Assembly (NCBI GenBank): GCA_030622135.1
Contig: JAUXGL010000002.1
Span: forward strand, 24 to 64,023
Origin: Deltaproteobacteria bacterium
Lineage (GTDB): Bacteria; Myxococcota; B64-G9
Length of the DNA: 64,000 nucleotides
Direction of reading: 5' to 3'
Shown here: positions 30,085 through 39,861 of the stretch, piece after piece
Layout of the letters: the number at the start of each line of letters is the position of its first letter
Numbering within the stretch: the first letter of the stretch is position 1
Notes under the pieces: model-generated
Told to the model about the DNA's origin: nothing
The model's input: the letters and a program-made list of their open reading frames with translations, nothing else
Database searches by the model: none
Program-made: the position numbers and the translations under genes

Positions 30085-30304
30085 TTCTAATCCTCCCTAG
30101 ATATCCTCAATTATGACGAAGTGACGAAGTTAGGACACACTCCCCTCAGACTGAAATTTATAACACCTGGATTCAAAAGAGGAAAGAAAAAAGCAGGGGG
30201 TCATAAAACTCTTGCGCATCCAATGGGATACAAGCTTGAACCCCCCCCCCGCCCGTGGTAACGTCCGCCATGCCACGAGGATAAACAAAACTAACGGAGG
30301 CAAA

Positions 30305-32587
30305 ATGGACGCTCCCCTCCCCGCATCTTCCAAGTTGCTGCCGGAGAACGCGTATCGCCGGCTGAAGTCCGGCGAGGAGTACCGGCCCATCGTCTCGGCT
30401 TCGGACCTCCGGGCGGAGGTCACCCCCTGGTCCATCGGCCTGGGCGTGATCATGGTGATCGTATTCACCGGAGCCAGCGCGTACATTGCGCTGCGGGCCG
30501 GAAGCGGCATCGAGGCGTCCATCCCCGTCGCCATCCTGGCCATCTTCTTCGGCTCGATGAGGAAATTCAAGAGCACCATCCTGGAAAACGTAATGGTCCA
30601 GAGCGTGGGCCAAGCGGCCGGAGTGGTGGCGGCGGGCGCGACCTTCGTCATCCCCGCGCTCTACATCAACGAGCTCGAGGCCTCCTGGTGGCAGATCTTT
30701 CTCGCCTGCGGCGTGGGAGGATGCCTGGGGACGGCGCTGATCATCCCGCTGCGCAAGTACTTCGTCAAAGACCTGCACGGCGAGTTGCCCTTTCCCGAGG
30801 CCACCGCCATCAACGAGGTGCTGGTCGCCGGCGAGAGCAACGCCGGGGGGGCCGGCAAGATCCTTATTTTGGCCTTCTGCCTGGGGGCCTCCTTCGATTT
30901 CCTGGTCGAGGCCATGCATCTGTGGAACGCCGAGTTAACCACCGACGTGCTTCCCTGGGGGATCGGCGAGGGCCTGGCCGGCCTGCGCATCGAGATCCAG
31001 ATCGCCGGCATCGCCGCCCTGTTCGGCCTGGGCATGATCATCGGCGTCAAGTACTCCTCGATCATTGCCGCCGGATCGGTGCTGGCCATGCTGGTCATGG
31101 TGCCGCTGGTCTACTATTTCGGCAAGGACTTGGGCAGCTTCGCCTTCTCCGGCAAAGCGTTCGACATCGGCCAGATGGACTCCTCGGCCATTTTCGGCAA
31201 CTTCATCAAACCCATCGGCATCGGCGCCATCGCCATATCCGGCCTGATCGGAATCATCCGGATGGGCAAGATCGTAGTCAATTCGGTAACCCTGGGTTTC
31301 AAGGGCTTGTCTCGGCAGGAGGGCGGGGAAGCCGCGCAAGAGCGTACCCAGTTGGATCTGGCCCCCAAGAACGTGTTGCTGATCCAGCTGGCCGCGTCCC
31401 TGGCCATGGGTGTGCTCTTCTTCATCGTGGCCAGCACGACCTGCGTGGCCGGCGAGTCCTACGGCGCGGGCGACAGCCTGCTGTTCGCCGTGGTGGGCAT
31501 GGGTGTCGTTTTCCTGCTCTCCTTCCTGTTCACGCCGGTGGCCGCCCAGGCAATCGCCATCGTGGGCGTCAACCCGGTCTCGGGCATGACCCTGATCACC
31601 GTGGTGCTGGCCATCGGCTCTTTGATCCTGGTCGGCCTGAAGGGCGAAGCCGGAATGATAATCGCCCTGATCGTGGGCGCGGCCGTCTGCACGGCGCTGT
31701 CTACATCCGGGGCCTTGGTCTCGGATTTCAAGATCGGCTACTGGATAGGCTCGACCCCCCGCAACCAGCAGCGTTGGAAGTTCCTGGGCGTATTGGTGGC
31801 GGCCCTGGTGGTCGCCTTCGTCATTCCCTTGATGGACCAGGCCTACAATTTCATCGATCCCATAACCAAGCTACCCAACGACAAGGTGCTTCCGGCGCCG
31901 CAGGCTAACATGATCGGGGCAATGGCCGATGGTTTGATGGCCGACCCGGCCGGCCAGCCCTGGTTGCTCTATGCCCTGGGAGGTGTTTGCGCGATCATGC
32001 TGCTGATGGCGGGCGTGCCCATGCTGGCCTTTGCCATGGGCATGTATCTGCCCATCTTCATCAACATGGCCATACTGGCCGGAGCCGTCTGTGCATGGGT
32101 CATTGCCAAGACCGGCCGCACCAAGGCGATCAAGAAGTCCCGGGGGGAGCAGGTCACACTGATTGCGGCCGGCCTGATGGCCGGCGCCGCCATCGTGGGC
32201 CTGTTGACCGCCGTCCTGCGGCTCACCAGTGTCGGGGCACCCATCCAGTACATCTCGGTTGGTACCGATCTCGAAGTGGAGGCGGTTGTCGATGGCAAAG
32301 CGGCTTTTCGTGACGGCAAGTTCGTCGAATGGTGCGACGAGCTGGATCTGGGTCCCGAACAGGCCTGCAACGAGCGTCTGGCCAAGCGTACGTTTGTGAG
32401 CGACGACAACGGGCAGATCGTCCTGGATGAAAACGGCGAAAAAACCTATCGCCACCCCTGGTACGAAAAGGGCCTGGGTAGGGGGATCGGCCTGCTCATG
32501 CTTCTGGCCCTGTGTTTCGGCTGCTATTACCTGGCCAGAAAGGGCGCGCGCTGGCGAATGGCCAGTGAAAAAGAAGAGGGGACGTGA
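30305..32587 (+). CDS. OPT-family oligopeptide transporter
   Basis: About 16 TM helices and OPT-family N-terminal motifs are present. A GGAGG RBS precedes the ATG at 30305; the ORF track begins at 30212. Confidence 0.8.
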   Translation: MDAPLPASSKLLPENAYRRLKSGEEYRPIVSASDLRAEVTPWSIGLGVIMVIVFTGASAYIALRAGSGIEASIPVAILAIFFGSMRKFKSTILENVMVQSVGQAAGVVAAGATFVIPALYINELEASWWQIFLACGVGGCLGTALIIPLRKYFVKDLHGELPFPEATAINEVLVAGESNAGGAGKILILAFCLGASFDFLVEAMHLWNAELTTDVLPWGIGEGLAGLRIEIQIAGIAALFGLGMIIGVKYSSIIAAGSVLAMLVMVPLVYYFGKDLGSFAFSGKAFDIGQMDSSAIFGNFIKPIGIGAIAISGLIGIIRMGKIVVNSVTLGFKGLSRQEGGEAAQERTQLDLAPKNVLLIQLAASLAMGVLFFIVASTTCVAGESYGAGDSLLFAVVGMGVVFLLSFLFTPVAAQAIAIVGVNPVSGMTLITVVLAIGSLILVGLKGEAGMIIALIVGAAVCTALSTSGALVSDFKIGYWIGSTPRNQQRWKFLGVLVAALVVAFVIPLMDQAYNFIDPITKLPNDKVLPAPQANMIGAMADGLMADPAGQPWLLYALGGVCAIMLLMAGVPMLAFAMGMYLPIFINMAILAGAVCAWVIAKTGRTKAIKKSRGEQVTLIAAGLMAGAAIVGLLTAVLRLTSVGAPIQYISVGTDLEVEAVVDGKAAFRDGKFVEWCDELDLGPEQACNERLAKRTFVSDDNGQIVLDENGEKTYRHPWYEKGLGRGIGLLMLLALCFGCYYLARKGARWRMASEKEEGT

Positions 32588-32614
32588 GCGTCCTCACGCT
32601 GAACTGCGCGGGCC

Positions 32615-34153
32615 CTAAGGCCGTAGTCTCTGCAGCAGCGCCCGGAAGTCCTCGTAGGTGACCGGCTTGCCGATGTAGTCGTCCATTCCCGCCTCCAGGC
32701 AGCGGTCCCGGTCTTCCTTGGCGGTGTGGGCGGTCATGGCTACTATTTTGGCGTGGTGGCCGGATATTCTCTCCCTCCGGCGTATTTCCTCCGTGGCCTC
32801 GAACCCGTCCATGATCGGCATCTGGCAATCCATGAAGATGAGATCGTAGGGGTTGTCCCCGGTCATCTCCACCGCCTGCCTTCCGTCGCCGGCCACCTCG
32901 ACGTCGCATCCCAGCTTACGGAGGATGGTCGCGGCCACCTCCTGGTTCACGTTGTTGTCCTCCGCTACCAGCACGCGGGAGTAGGTCGGCCGGTCCTCCA
33001 GCAGGGCAACCCCGATATCACTCTGCACGGGCAGCGACAAGACAAACCAGAAGGCCGACCCATCCCCGGGATGACTGTGAACTTCCATGCTGCCGCTCAT
33101 CAACTCCACTAGTTGCTTGCTGATGGCCAGCCCCAGTCCGGTCCCCCCGTGGCGTCGGGTGGGGGATGTGTCCACCCGGGTGAACTTGTCGAATATGCGA
33201 TCGAGAGTGCTTTCGGGGATCCCGATGCCGGTGTCCTCCACGGACAGTTTGATCCGGGCCTGGTCGCGGGTCTTCTCTTCACACTCCACCGTCACCAGCA
33301 CGTGGCCTTCGTTGGTGAACTTGATCGCATTGTCCACCAGGTTGGTCAACACCTGCCGGATGCGCCCCGCGTCGCCGATCACCCGGCGGGGAGCGTCGAG
33401 CGAGTAGTGCACCGACAGCTCCAGCTTTTTCTCCATGGCCCGGGCGCTGAGTACCTGAACCACGTCGTCGACGGCAAACTTAAGGTCGAAAGGAACCGGC
33501 TCGATCGACATCCGGCCTGCTTCGATGCTGGAAAAATCGAGCAGGTCGTTGATGATGGTCAAAAGCGCTCGGGCCGAGCGGCTGACCGTGCGGACATATT
33601 TGCGCTGCTGCGGCGTCGTTTCGGTGTGTTGCAGGAGCGAGGTCATCCCGATGATGCCGCTCAATGGTGTGCGTAGCTCGTGGCCCATATTGGCCAGAAA
33701 CTCGTCCTTGGCTCGGTTGGCCGCCTCGGCCGCTTCCTTGGCTCCGCGCAACTCCTCCTCCACCCGTTTGCGCTCGGTGACGTCCCGGGCGATCACCAAT
33801 ATGGCCGGCTGGTCCTCGTGCTGGATGACCGCGCCGGAGATTTCCAGATCGCAAGCGGTACCGTCTTTCCTCTGGACCTTGATCTCGCGGGTGTATCCCG
33901 GCCGATCCTCCAGCAGACCCCCGTAACGTTTCGGGGACGTCGTCCGCTCATCCAGCATGAGGTATTCCCGGTAAGGACGATCCTGCAACTCCTCGACCGT
34001 GTACCCGAGGATATCGGCCATGGCCCGGTTGACGAAAACGGTTTTCTCCGACTGCAAGATCGCCACGCCATCCTTGGCGGTCTCCACCAGTGCCAGGTAA
34101 CGCTGTTCGGACTCCCGGCTCCGCCTGCGCAGTTCTTCCTCTTCGCGGTTCAT
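32615..34153 (-). CDS. Hybrid sensor histidine kinase (PAS - HisKA - HATPase_c - REC)
   Basis: It has an H-box HELRTPL, N/G boxes and a C-terminal receiver (VLVAEDNNVNQ…DLIFMDCQMP). Confidence 0.9.
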   Translation of the reverse strand: MNREEEELRRRSRESEQRYLALVETAKDGVAILQSEKTVFVNRAMADILGYTVEELQDRPYREYLMLDERTTSPKRYGGLLEDRPGYTREIKVQRKDGTACDLEISGAVIQHEDQPAILVIARDVTERKRVEEELRGAKEAAEAANRAKDEFLANMGHELRTPLSGIIGMTSLLQHTETTPQQRKYVRTVSRSARALLTIINDLLDFSSIEAGRMSIEPVPFDLKFAVDDVVQVLSARAMEKKLELSVHYSLDAPRRVIGDAGRIRQVLTNLVDNAIKFTNEGHVLVTVECEEKTRDQARIKLSVEDTGIGIPESTLDRIFDKFTRVDTSPTRRHGGTGLGLAISKQLVELMSGSMEVHSHPGDGSAFWFVLSLPVQSDIGVALLEDRPTYSRVLVAEDNNVNQEVAATILRKLGCDVEVAGDGRQAVEMTGDNPYDLIFMDCQMPIMDGFEATEEIRRRERISGHHAKIVAMTAHTAKEDRDRCLEAGMDDYIGKPVTYEDFRALLQRLRP

Positions 34154-34280
34154 AGGCCTATCGCACCCCCCGCATCCCAGGGTCCCGCCGGATTGCAGGG
34201 GGTATAGTGACGCTACCCCGCGCGAATAGCAAGGGGGATCCGATTGCTTACTAGGGCTTCACTCTGGTACCTTCACCCGC

Positions 34281-35372
34281 ATGGGCGGTAAGCGCAGCCG
34301 GTGGAAACGTATCCTGGTGGTGGTGTCGGTCCTGCTGGGCTTGCTGTTGGTGGTTTTGCCGGGGGTGCTCTTGCTCTTCGAGTGGCGGCCCGAAGCGTTG
34401 ATGCAGACGCCCGTGCTGGGTCGGGGCACCCCGCCCGATCGGCCTCCCGCCACCCTTTTCTTGCTTAGTTGGAACATCGGCTACGCGGGTCTTTCCAGGG
34501 ATGCCGATTTCTTCATGGACGGGGGCGAACAGGTTCGCCCGCCGGACGAATCCCGGGTGCGCCGGAACCTGTCCGCCACGGTGGAATATCTGGATAGGAA
34601 CGGCGCCGACATCGTCCTGCTCCAGGAGGTGGACCGCGACGCCTCGCGCTCGTTCGGCGTCGATCAGGTTGCCGCCGTTTCGAAAGCCCTGCCCGGGCAC
34701 GTTTACGCCCGGGCGATCAACTTTAAGGTGCCCTGGATTCCCTATCCCCTCTTACGTCCCATTGGCCGAGTAGAGAGCGGGCTGGTCTCCTTCAGTCGCT
34801 ATCCCCTTACCCGGGCGGTGCGCCACCAGCTCCCGGGAAGCCATGCCTGGCCGGTGCGCGTGTTTCACCTCAAGCGCTGCCTCCACGAGTTGCGCCTGCC
34901 CGCGCCGGACGGCCGGGACTGGGTGATTCTCCACCTGCACCTTTCCGCCTTCGACCCGGGCGGAGCCTTGCGCCGGCAGCAGATGGATTACCTGAAGGAG
35001 TTGATGCTGAGCCTGCAAAAAGAGGGCCACCACGTAATAGTCGGCGGGGACTGGAACCACGCGCTTCTCGGGGTGGACGCGGGCACATTCCCCCACCGGG
35101 CCGAGGTCCCCGACTGGTTCCAGCAGGTTCCCGAAGGCTGGACACCCGCCGGCTGGCAATGGGCCGGCGATGAATCCACGCCATCGCTCCGCGCTACCAA
35201 TCAGCCTTACATCAAAGGAGAGAACTTCGTTACCGTAGTGGACGGTTTCCTGGTGGGTCCGGAGATTGAGATCCGCTCCGTGCGCACCACGGACCTGGGT
35301 TTCGAGAACAGCGATCACCACCCGGTGCACCTGGAGGTCGGCTTGACTTCCGTCGAACAGAGCGTAAGATAG
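34281..35372 (+). CDS. Endonuclease/exonuclease/phosphatase (EEP) family protein
   Basis: An N-terminal TM or signal sequence, the motif DIVLLQEVD and the terminal NSDHHPV signature are present. Confidence 0.8.
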   Translation: MGGKRSRWKRILVVVSVLLGLLLVVLPGVLLLFEWRPEALMQTPVLGRGTPPDRPPATLFLLSWNIGYAGLSRDADFFMDGGEQVRPPDESRVRRNLSATVEYLDRNGADIVLLQEVDRDASRSFGVDQVAAVSKALPGHVYARAINFKVPWIPYPLLRPIGRVESGLVSFSRYPLTRAVRHQLPGSHAWPVRVFHLKRCLHELRLPAPDGRDWVILHLHLSAFDPGGALRRQQMDYLKELMLSLQKEGHHVIVGGDWNHALLGVDAGTFPHRAEVPDWFQQVPEGWTPAGWQWAGDESTPSLRATNQPYIKGENFVTVVDGFLVGPEIEIRSVRTTDLGFENSDHHPVHLEVGLTSVEQSVR

Positions 35373-35401
35373 CGCTCCCTGGCTCAAAAAGGAGGAAAAA
35401 C

Positions 35402-36190
35402 ATGGATTGGGGAATCCAGAACCGTCTGTCCCGAATGATCAAGCCCAAGAGCGGACGCATCGTCATGCTGGCCGTGGACCATGGATATTTCCAGGGGCCC
35501 ACCACCGGGCTGCAGGATCTCAAGTCGACCCTAGATCCGCTGCTGCCTTACGCCGATACGCTCATGATCACCCGAGGAATGTTACGCAACTGCGTGGATC
35601 CCAACATCGACGTGCCTATCATGCTGCGGGTTTCCGGCGGCAACAGCGTCTTGACCGAACTGTCCAACGAGGACCTCACCTGCGACATGGAGGACGCCAT
35701 CCGACTCAACGCCTGCGGCATCACCCTCTCGATCTTCGTGGGCGCGGAGTACGAGCACCAGACCCTGGTCAACCTGGGCAAGCTGGCCGACTGGGGCAAC
35801 AAGCACGGCGTTCCGGTCATGGCGGTCACCGCGGTGGGCCGGGACATGGCCCGGGACGCGCGTTTCTTGGGCCTGGCCTCGCGCATGGCCGCCGAGATCG
35901 GCGCCCACATAGTCAAGACTTACTACTGCGAGGACTTCAAGAAGATCACCGCGGCCACTCCGGTGCCCATCGTTATCGCCGGCGGTAAGAAGATCCCCGA
36001 AAAAGACGCCCTGCGGATGGCCGCCAACGCCGTTGCCGACGGCGCCGCGGGCGTGGACATGGGCCGGAACATCTTCCAATCCGGTGATCCGGTGGCCATG
36101 ATTCAGGCGGTTCGCTCGGTGGTCCACGAAAACTCGCCGCCGGACAAGGCCTACCAGATGTACCAGGACCTGAGCGCCTCCCAAAAGTAA
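35402..36190 (+). CDS. Class I aldolase of DhnA family (fructose-bisphosphate aldolase / 2-amino-3,7-dideoxy-D-threo-hept-6-ulosonate synthase-like)
   Basis: LAVDHG…IVKT…IAGG motifs of the DhnA/COG1830 family are present. Confidence 0.7.
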   Translation: MDWGIQNRLSRMIKPKSGRIVMLAVDHGYFQGPTTGLQDLKSTLDPLLPYADTLMITRGMLRNCVDPNIDVPIMLRVSGGNSVLTELSNEDLTCDMEDAIRLNACGITLSIFVGAEYEHQTLVNLGKLADWGNKHGVPVMAVTAVGRDMARDARFLGLASRMAAEIGAHIVKTYYCEDFKKITAATPVPIVIAGGKKIPEKDALRMAANAVADGAAGVDMGRNIFQSGDPVAMIQAVRSVVHENSPPDKAYQMYQDLSASQK

Positions 36191-36194
36191 CTGC

Positions 36195-37220
36195 ATGCGC
36201 GTCGCGGTATACCACAACAACCGGGACATACGCATCGAGGAGCGGCCCATCCCCGAGATCGGGCCGCGGGAGCTCCTGGTGCGGGTGGTAGCCTCCGGCA
36301 TCTGCGGAAGCGACGTGATGGAGTGGTACCGCGTCAAGAAGGCCCCGCTGGTGCTGGGCCACGAGATCGCCGGCAAGGTCGAAAAGATTGGCGCGGAAGT
36401 CCAGGGATACCGCATCGGCGACCGCGTCTTCGTCAGCCATCACGTACCCTGCAACACCTGCCGCTACTGCCGGGCCGGCCAGCACACCGTCTGCCCGACC
36501 CTGCATACCACCAACTTCGATCCCGGCGGCTTCGCCGAGTTCCTGCGGGTCCCGCCCATCAACGTGGACCGGGGGACCTTCATTCTTCCCGACAGCGTGA
36601 CCTTCGACGCGGGGACCTTTGTCGAACCGCTGGCCTGCGTGTTACGGGGCCAGCGAATCGCCGGGGTCAAACCGGAAAAGACCGTCGCCGTCCTGGGAAG
36701 CGGCATCTCCGGGATCATGCACATCGCCGCGGCGCGCGCGGCGGGCGTCCGCCGGATTTTCGCCACCGACGTCAGCGACTACCGGCTTTCAAAGGCCGAG
36801 GTCTTCGGCGCCACCGCGGCCTTTCACGCGCGCGCGGACATACCCCAAAAAATTCGCCGGGCCAACGATGGACGGGCGGCCGATGTGGTCATCGTCTGCG
36901 CGGGGGCGATCGAGGTCCTCGAACAGGCGCTTTTGTGCGTGGACCGGGGCGGCACGATCCTGTTCTTCGCCGCGACCCCCCCGGGCGAAGAGCTGAAGGT
37001 GCCCGTCAACGAACTCTGGCGCAACGGCATCACTCTGGTTCCCACCTATGCCGGCGCTCCCGCGGACTGCGCCGCGGCGCTGGATCTCCTCGCCAAAAAG
37101 ACCGTGCCCGTAGCCGACATGATTACCCACCGCCTCCCCCTCGACGAGATCGAGGCAGGCTTCCGCCTCGTCTGGCGGGGCCGGGAATCCCTCAAGGTCG
37201 TCATCCAGCCCCACCAGTAA
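36195..37220 (+). CDS. Zn-dependent alcohol dehydrogenase (MDR family; threonine/sorbitol dehydrogenase-like)
   Basis: It has GICGSDVMEW, GHEIAG and a Rossmann fold GSGISG. Confidence 0.8.
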   Translation: MRVAVYHNNRDIRIEERPIPEIGPRELLVRVVASGICGSDVMEWYRVKKAPLVLGHEIAGKVEKIGAEVQGYRIGDRVFVSHHVPCNTCRYCRAGQHTVCPTLHTTNFDPGGFAEFLRVPPINVDRGTFILPDSVTFDAGTFVEPLACVLRGQRIAGVKPEKTVAVLGSGISGIMHIAAARAAGVRRIFATDVSDYRLSKAEVFGATAAFHARADIPQKIRRANDGRAADVVIVCAGAIEVLEQALLCVDRGGTILFFAATPPGEELKVPVNELWRNGITLVPTYAGAPADCAAALDLLAKKTVPVADMITHRLPLDEIEAGFRLVWRGRESLKVVIQPHQ

Positions 37221-37262
37221 GAAGACTGAGACAGAATCCGCCACCTCACGTCCGCCGCTTTT

Positions 37263-37338
37263 GTGCGAAACGGTCCAGCATCTCGTCCAGCCGAACCAGG
37301 CGGTTTCGCGACGCGCCTTCCTCCTGTTTCTCGTTGAG
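37263..37338 (-). pseudogene. Relic fragment homologous to the C-terminal region of aldehyde:ferredoxin oxidoreductase
   Basis: The minus-strand translation RFLNEKQEEGASRNRLVRLDEMLD closely matches the AOR segment RFLNEKLEEGASRNRLVKLDEMLD encoded at 39937..40014. It lacks the rest of the gene. Confidence 0.7.
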
Positions 37339-37531
37339 AAACCGCGCGCGATTCTTCCGCCTGCTCACCGACCACTCCGACCTGGAACCCGGATTCGTGG
37401 TCGTTGACCAAACCTTTGGAACGTTTCCGGAAAGCTACCATCCTTCATAATGACGCGAGAAATGTCGTGCGCGTTGTCTTTCGGGCGGGCCCGCACCCGC
37501 ACGCGAAGCTTGGGCGATATTGGCGTTTTGC

Positions 37532-38653
37532 TCATGGCCGGTCCTTTCTTTTCGTCCTCTTTCCTCGCGAAGAACCTTGTTTCCGTAGCGGCGCTACTTT
37601 GCCAAGGATTTCCCGATAGTACTGTGTGTCACGGAGTCTCCGGGCTATAGACGCTGTAGCGAAAAGATCCTCGGGCCTGAAGTGCCCAGCGCGGAAATCT
37701 TCCACGAATCTGTGCTCACGCTCCGTGTAGTTGAACACATGACGATCAAAGAACTTCCTGACCGTCCACTTCATTTCTTCGACCGATGGTACGGGGAGAT
37801 CACGTGGGACAACACTAAGCAGTTCAGACTTGACGTCAGCCTCGGTGTAGGAGCCGATCGCGTTCCCCCGGAAGTACTCGAACTTCCCGATCCGGGTCAT
37901 GCCAAACAGGATCACGAGATCGCGGAATAACTTGAGATCGAACTTGATCTCTCCATCTAGAACCTCTCGGGACAGCAAGTAGATGTCGAATAGATGGCGG
38001 ATCTTCCGTTTGGTCAGTAGTCCAATGTGGTCGGGAAAATCCAGGCGTTCCTTTGCATCGACCATGGCTATCGCCTTGCTGGCGTATAGCTCCTCTTCCT
38101 TGAGCGTGACGACCTTGAACGTAGGGGCGACCTCATCTTGCACGATCGGCCATTCTCGCGCTACCGTACCCAGTACGGAGTCCCCATAGCGGTAGGAGAT
38201 GTCGAGTTCGATGCTGTCCCTGCGTCTGTACATAGATCGATAGGTCAACTCGTACTGCACGAATCGATCGGCTTTCACGGATGTGATCTTGAATCCCATC
38301 CCCAGATTCCGAGCGATTGCCTCCAGTATATCCTTGTCCCTGTTCTTCCGTGTGCTCACCTCCCGCTTGCCCTTCTTCCCCAGATTCCGGTTAGTGACGA
38401 AGTCCAAGTCAAGGTCGGTCGAGAACCTGTACATGTCACGGTACAGGAAGACAATCGCCGAGCCTCCCATCAAAGCGAAATCCCTGCCTATCTCAGAGAC
38501 CGTAATTGCACGCAGCACGCGTGTTAGCCAAAGCACCTTCTCCCCCGTCGGGAACTCCACTTGGTGCTTTCGCGCCCAGGCCTCGATGAGATCCTGACCT
38601 ATCGAACCCGGCTCGGCCGATGCTGATGCCATTTTCTTACTTGGCTTAGTCAT
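37532..38653 (-). CDS. AbiEii/AbiGii-type nucleotidyltransferase toxin (type IV TA / abortive infection)
   Basis: The NTase motif GGSAI…DLDLDF and a DUF1814-like C-terminal region are present. The local GC is lower. Confidence 0.75.
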   Translation of the reverse strand: MTKPSKKMASASAEPGSIGQDLIEAWARKHQVEFPTGEKVLWLTRVLRAITVSEIGRDFALMGGSAIVFLYRDMYRFSTDLDLDFVTNRNLGKKGKREVSTRKNRDKDILEAIARNLGMGFKITSVKADRFVQYELTYRSMYRRRDSIELDISYRYGDSVLGTVAREWPIVQDEVAPTFKVVTLKEEELYASKAIAMVDAKERLDFPDHIGLLTKRKIRHLFDIYLLSREVLDGEIKFDLKLFRDLVILFGMTRIGKFEYFRGNAIGSYTEADVKSELLSVVPRDLPVPSVEEMKWTVRKFFDRHVFNYTEREHRFVEDFRAGHFRPEDLFATASIARRLRDTQYYREILGKVAPLRKQGSSRGKRTKRKDRP

Positions 38654-39536
38654 CGAACAGTCCTTCCGGCACGTGCAGATTCCATTGCCGATTCAGTGTT
38701 CCACCCTCCCCGCGCGCGAATTTCGCAGGTGTTTTCGGCAGGTAGGGCCGCAGAGAATCGATTTCGTTTTCAGCAACTTTCCATTTCTCAGCATATCGCT
38801 GCACGACCAACCCAACCCTTGAAACAAGCGAGGGCGTTCGGTATTGCTTCACATACTCAATCATGCGGCTACCGCGGACTCCTTCGGCTCGATTCAGAGC
38901 ATGGGCAACGTTCTCCCATCCCTGTGCGTACTTCGGGCGATGGATAGCGTCAATCAGCGTCCGCTCCAGATCCGTGATGCGAACAGAACCCCGGCCGTGA
39001 TGCCTGGTGACAATACCTGTTTCTTTCGGTAACGGTGTTTTGACAAAACGAATATTGAATTCTCCCATAGGCCGCTGCTTCCGCTTGGATTTCGAGACCA
39101 CATAGTACTCCGTTAACCTGCCGTAGCGCGATAGCCCGTACAGAAGAAGAGCTGTACCGTAACCGAAGACAACTTCCTCACCATAAACCGCCTGGACGGC
39201 CTCAATAGGATCGGTAATGAATGTGCCATTTTTCCCGTCCGCCACAACATACAGCCCTCGTGGTCCGTTCTTGAGCCGCTGCAATACGCCCTTTTGTTGG
39301 AGACGGCGCAGACCGTAGTCCGGCGATACATCGGTGTATTGTTTTGCTAAACGAGCCACCTCCGTGGAAGAAATGATGTCCCTTTTCCGCAGGGCTCTCA
39401 CTAGTGCCTTCCAGGCGGTTTTGCTGCGGCCGTTCCTGCTTCTTTTCTTCACGGCATGCCTTTCCGCCTCGCGCAATTGTCCGGGTTGAGCAACTTTTGC
39501 ACAACGACATGTGCAAAAGTCGCAATTGGCGGACAC
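38646..39536 (-). CDS. AbiEi-family antitoxin / transcriptional regulator
   Basis: It is upstream of and overlaps the NTase gene, with a wHTH-like N-terminus and an AbiEi-like C-terminus. Confidence 0.65.
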   Translation of the reverse strand: MSANCDFCTCRCAKVAQPGQLREAERHAVKKRSRNGRSKTAWKALVRALRKRDIISSTEVARLAKQYTDVSPDYGLRRLQQKGVLQRLKNGPRGLYVVADGKNGTFITDPIEAVQAVYGEEVVFGYGTALLLYGLSRYGRLTEYYVVSKSKRKQRPMGEFNIRFVKTPLPKETGIVTRHHGRGSVRITDLERTLIDAIHRPKYAQGWENVAHALNRAEGVRGSRMIEYVKQYRTPSLVSRVGLVVQRYAEKWKVAENEIDSLRPYLPKTPAKFARGEGGTLNRQWNLHVPEGLFDD

Positions 39537-39861
39537 GCATCCCTGTGTTCTCGCGGTTCAGGAACAGACTGACGCATCACCTCGGTGGCCTGCTCCATCA
39601 GCTTGCTCGGTTCGAATTTCGTTTTCATCGTCAAACCTTCTCCAGGAGATCAAGAGCGTCCTGCGGGCGGAGCCTTTACCCTTGCTCCCTGACTGAGCAG
39701 CTACCGTCGAAGAGAAGAACAATGTCAGTACCTCTGTCTGTAAGATTCTCTAGGAAATTTCAGAATGATTGGATTGTAAGCAGAAAGTGCCTTTCATTCA
39801 AGAGAGAAAGTAGGACGCCATCTGATTATATAAACGTGTACCCACCTTCGGGTCTTACCGA

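Noticed and set aside
26353-30090. A 1245-aa plus-strand ORF opposite the Cys-repeat lipoprotein gene
   Set aside because: This is an antisense GC-artefact ORF. Its composition is Ala/Gly/Val/Arg-rich with no motifs, while the minus-strand frame has a signal peptide, a lipobox and coherent domains.
30688-31908. A 406-aa plus-strand alternative-frame ORF inside the OPT transporter gene
   Set aside because: It is a frame-shifted overlap of a confidently called transporter gene, and its translation is Arg/Gly/Pro-rich.
32588-32614. A terminator hairpin after the OPT gene (agcgt-cctc-acgct)
   Set aside because: The stem is only 5 bp with no U-tract, which is too weak to call.
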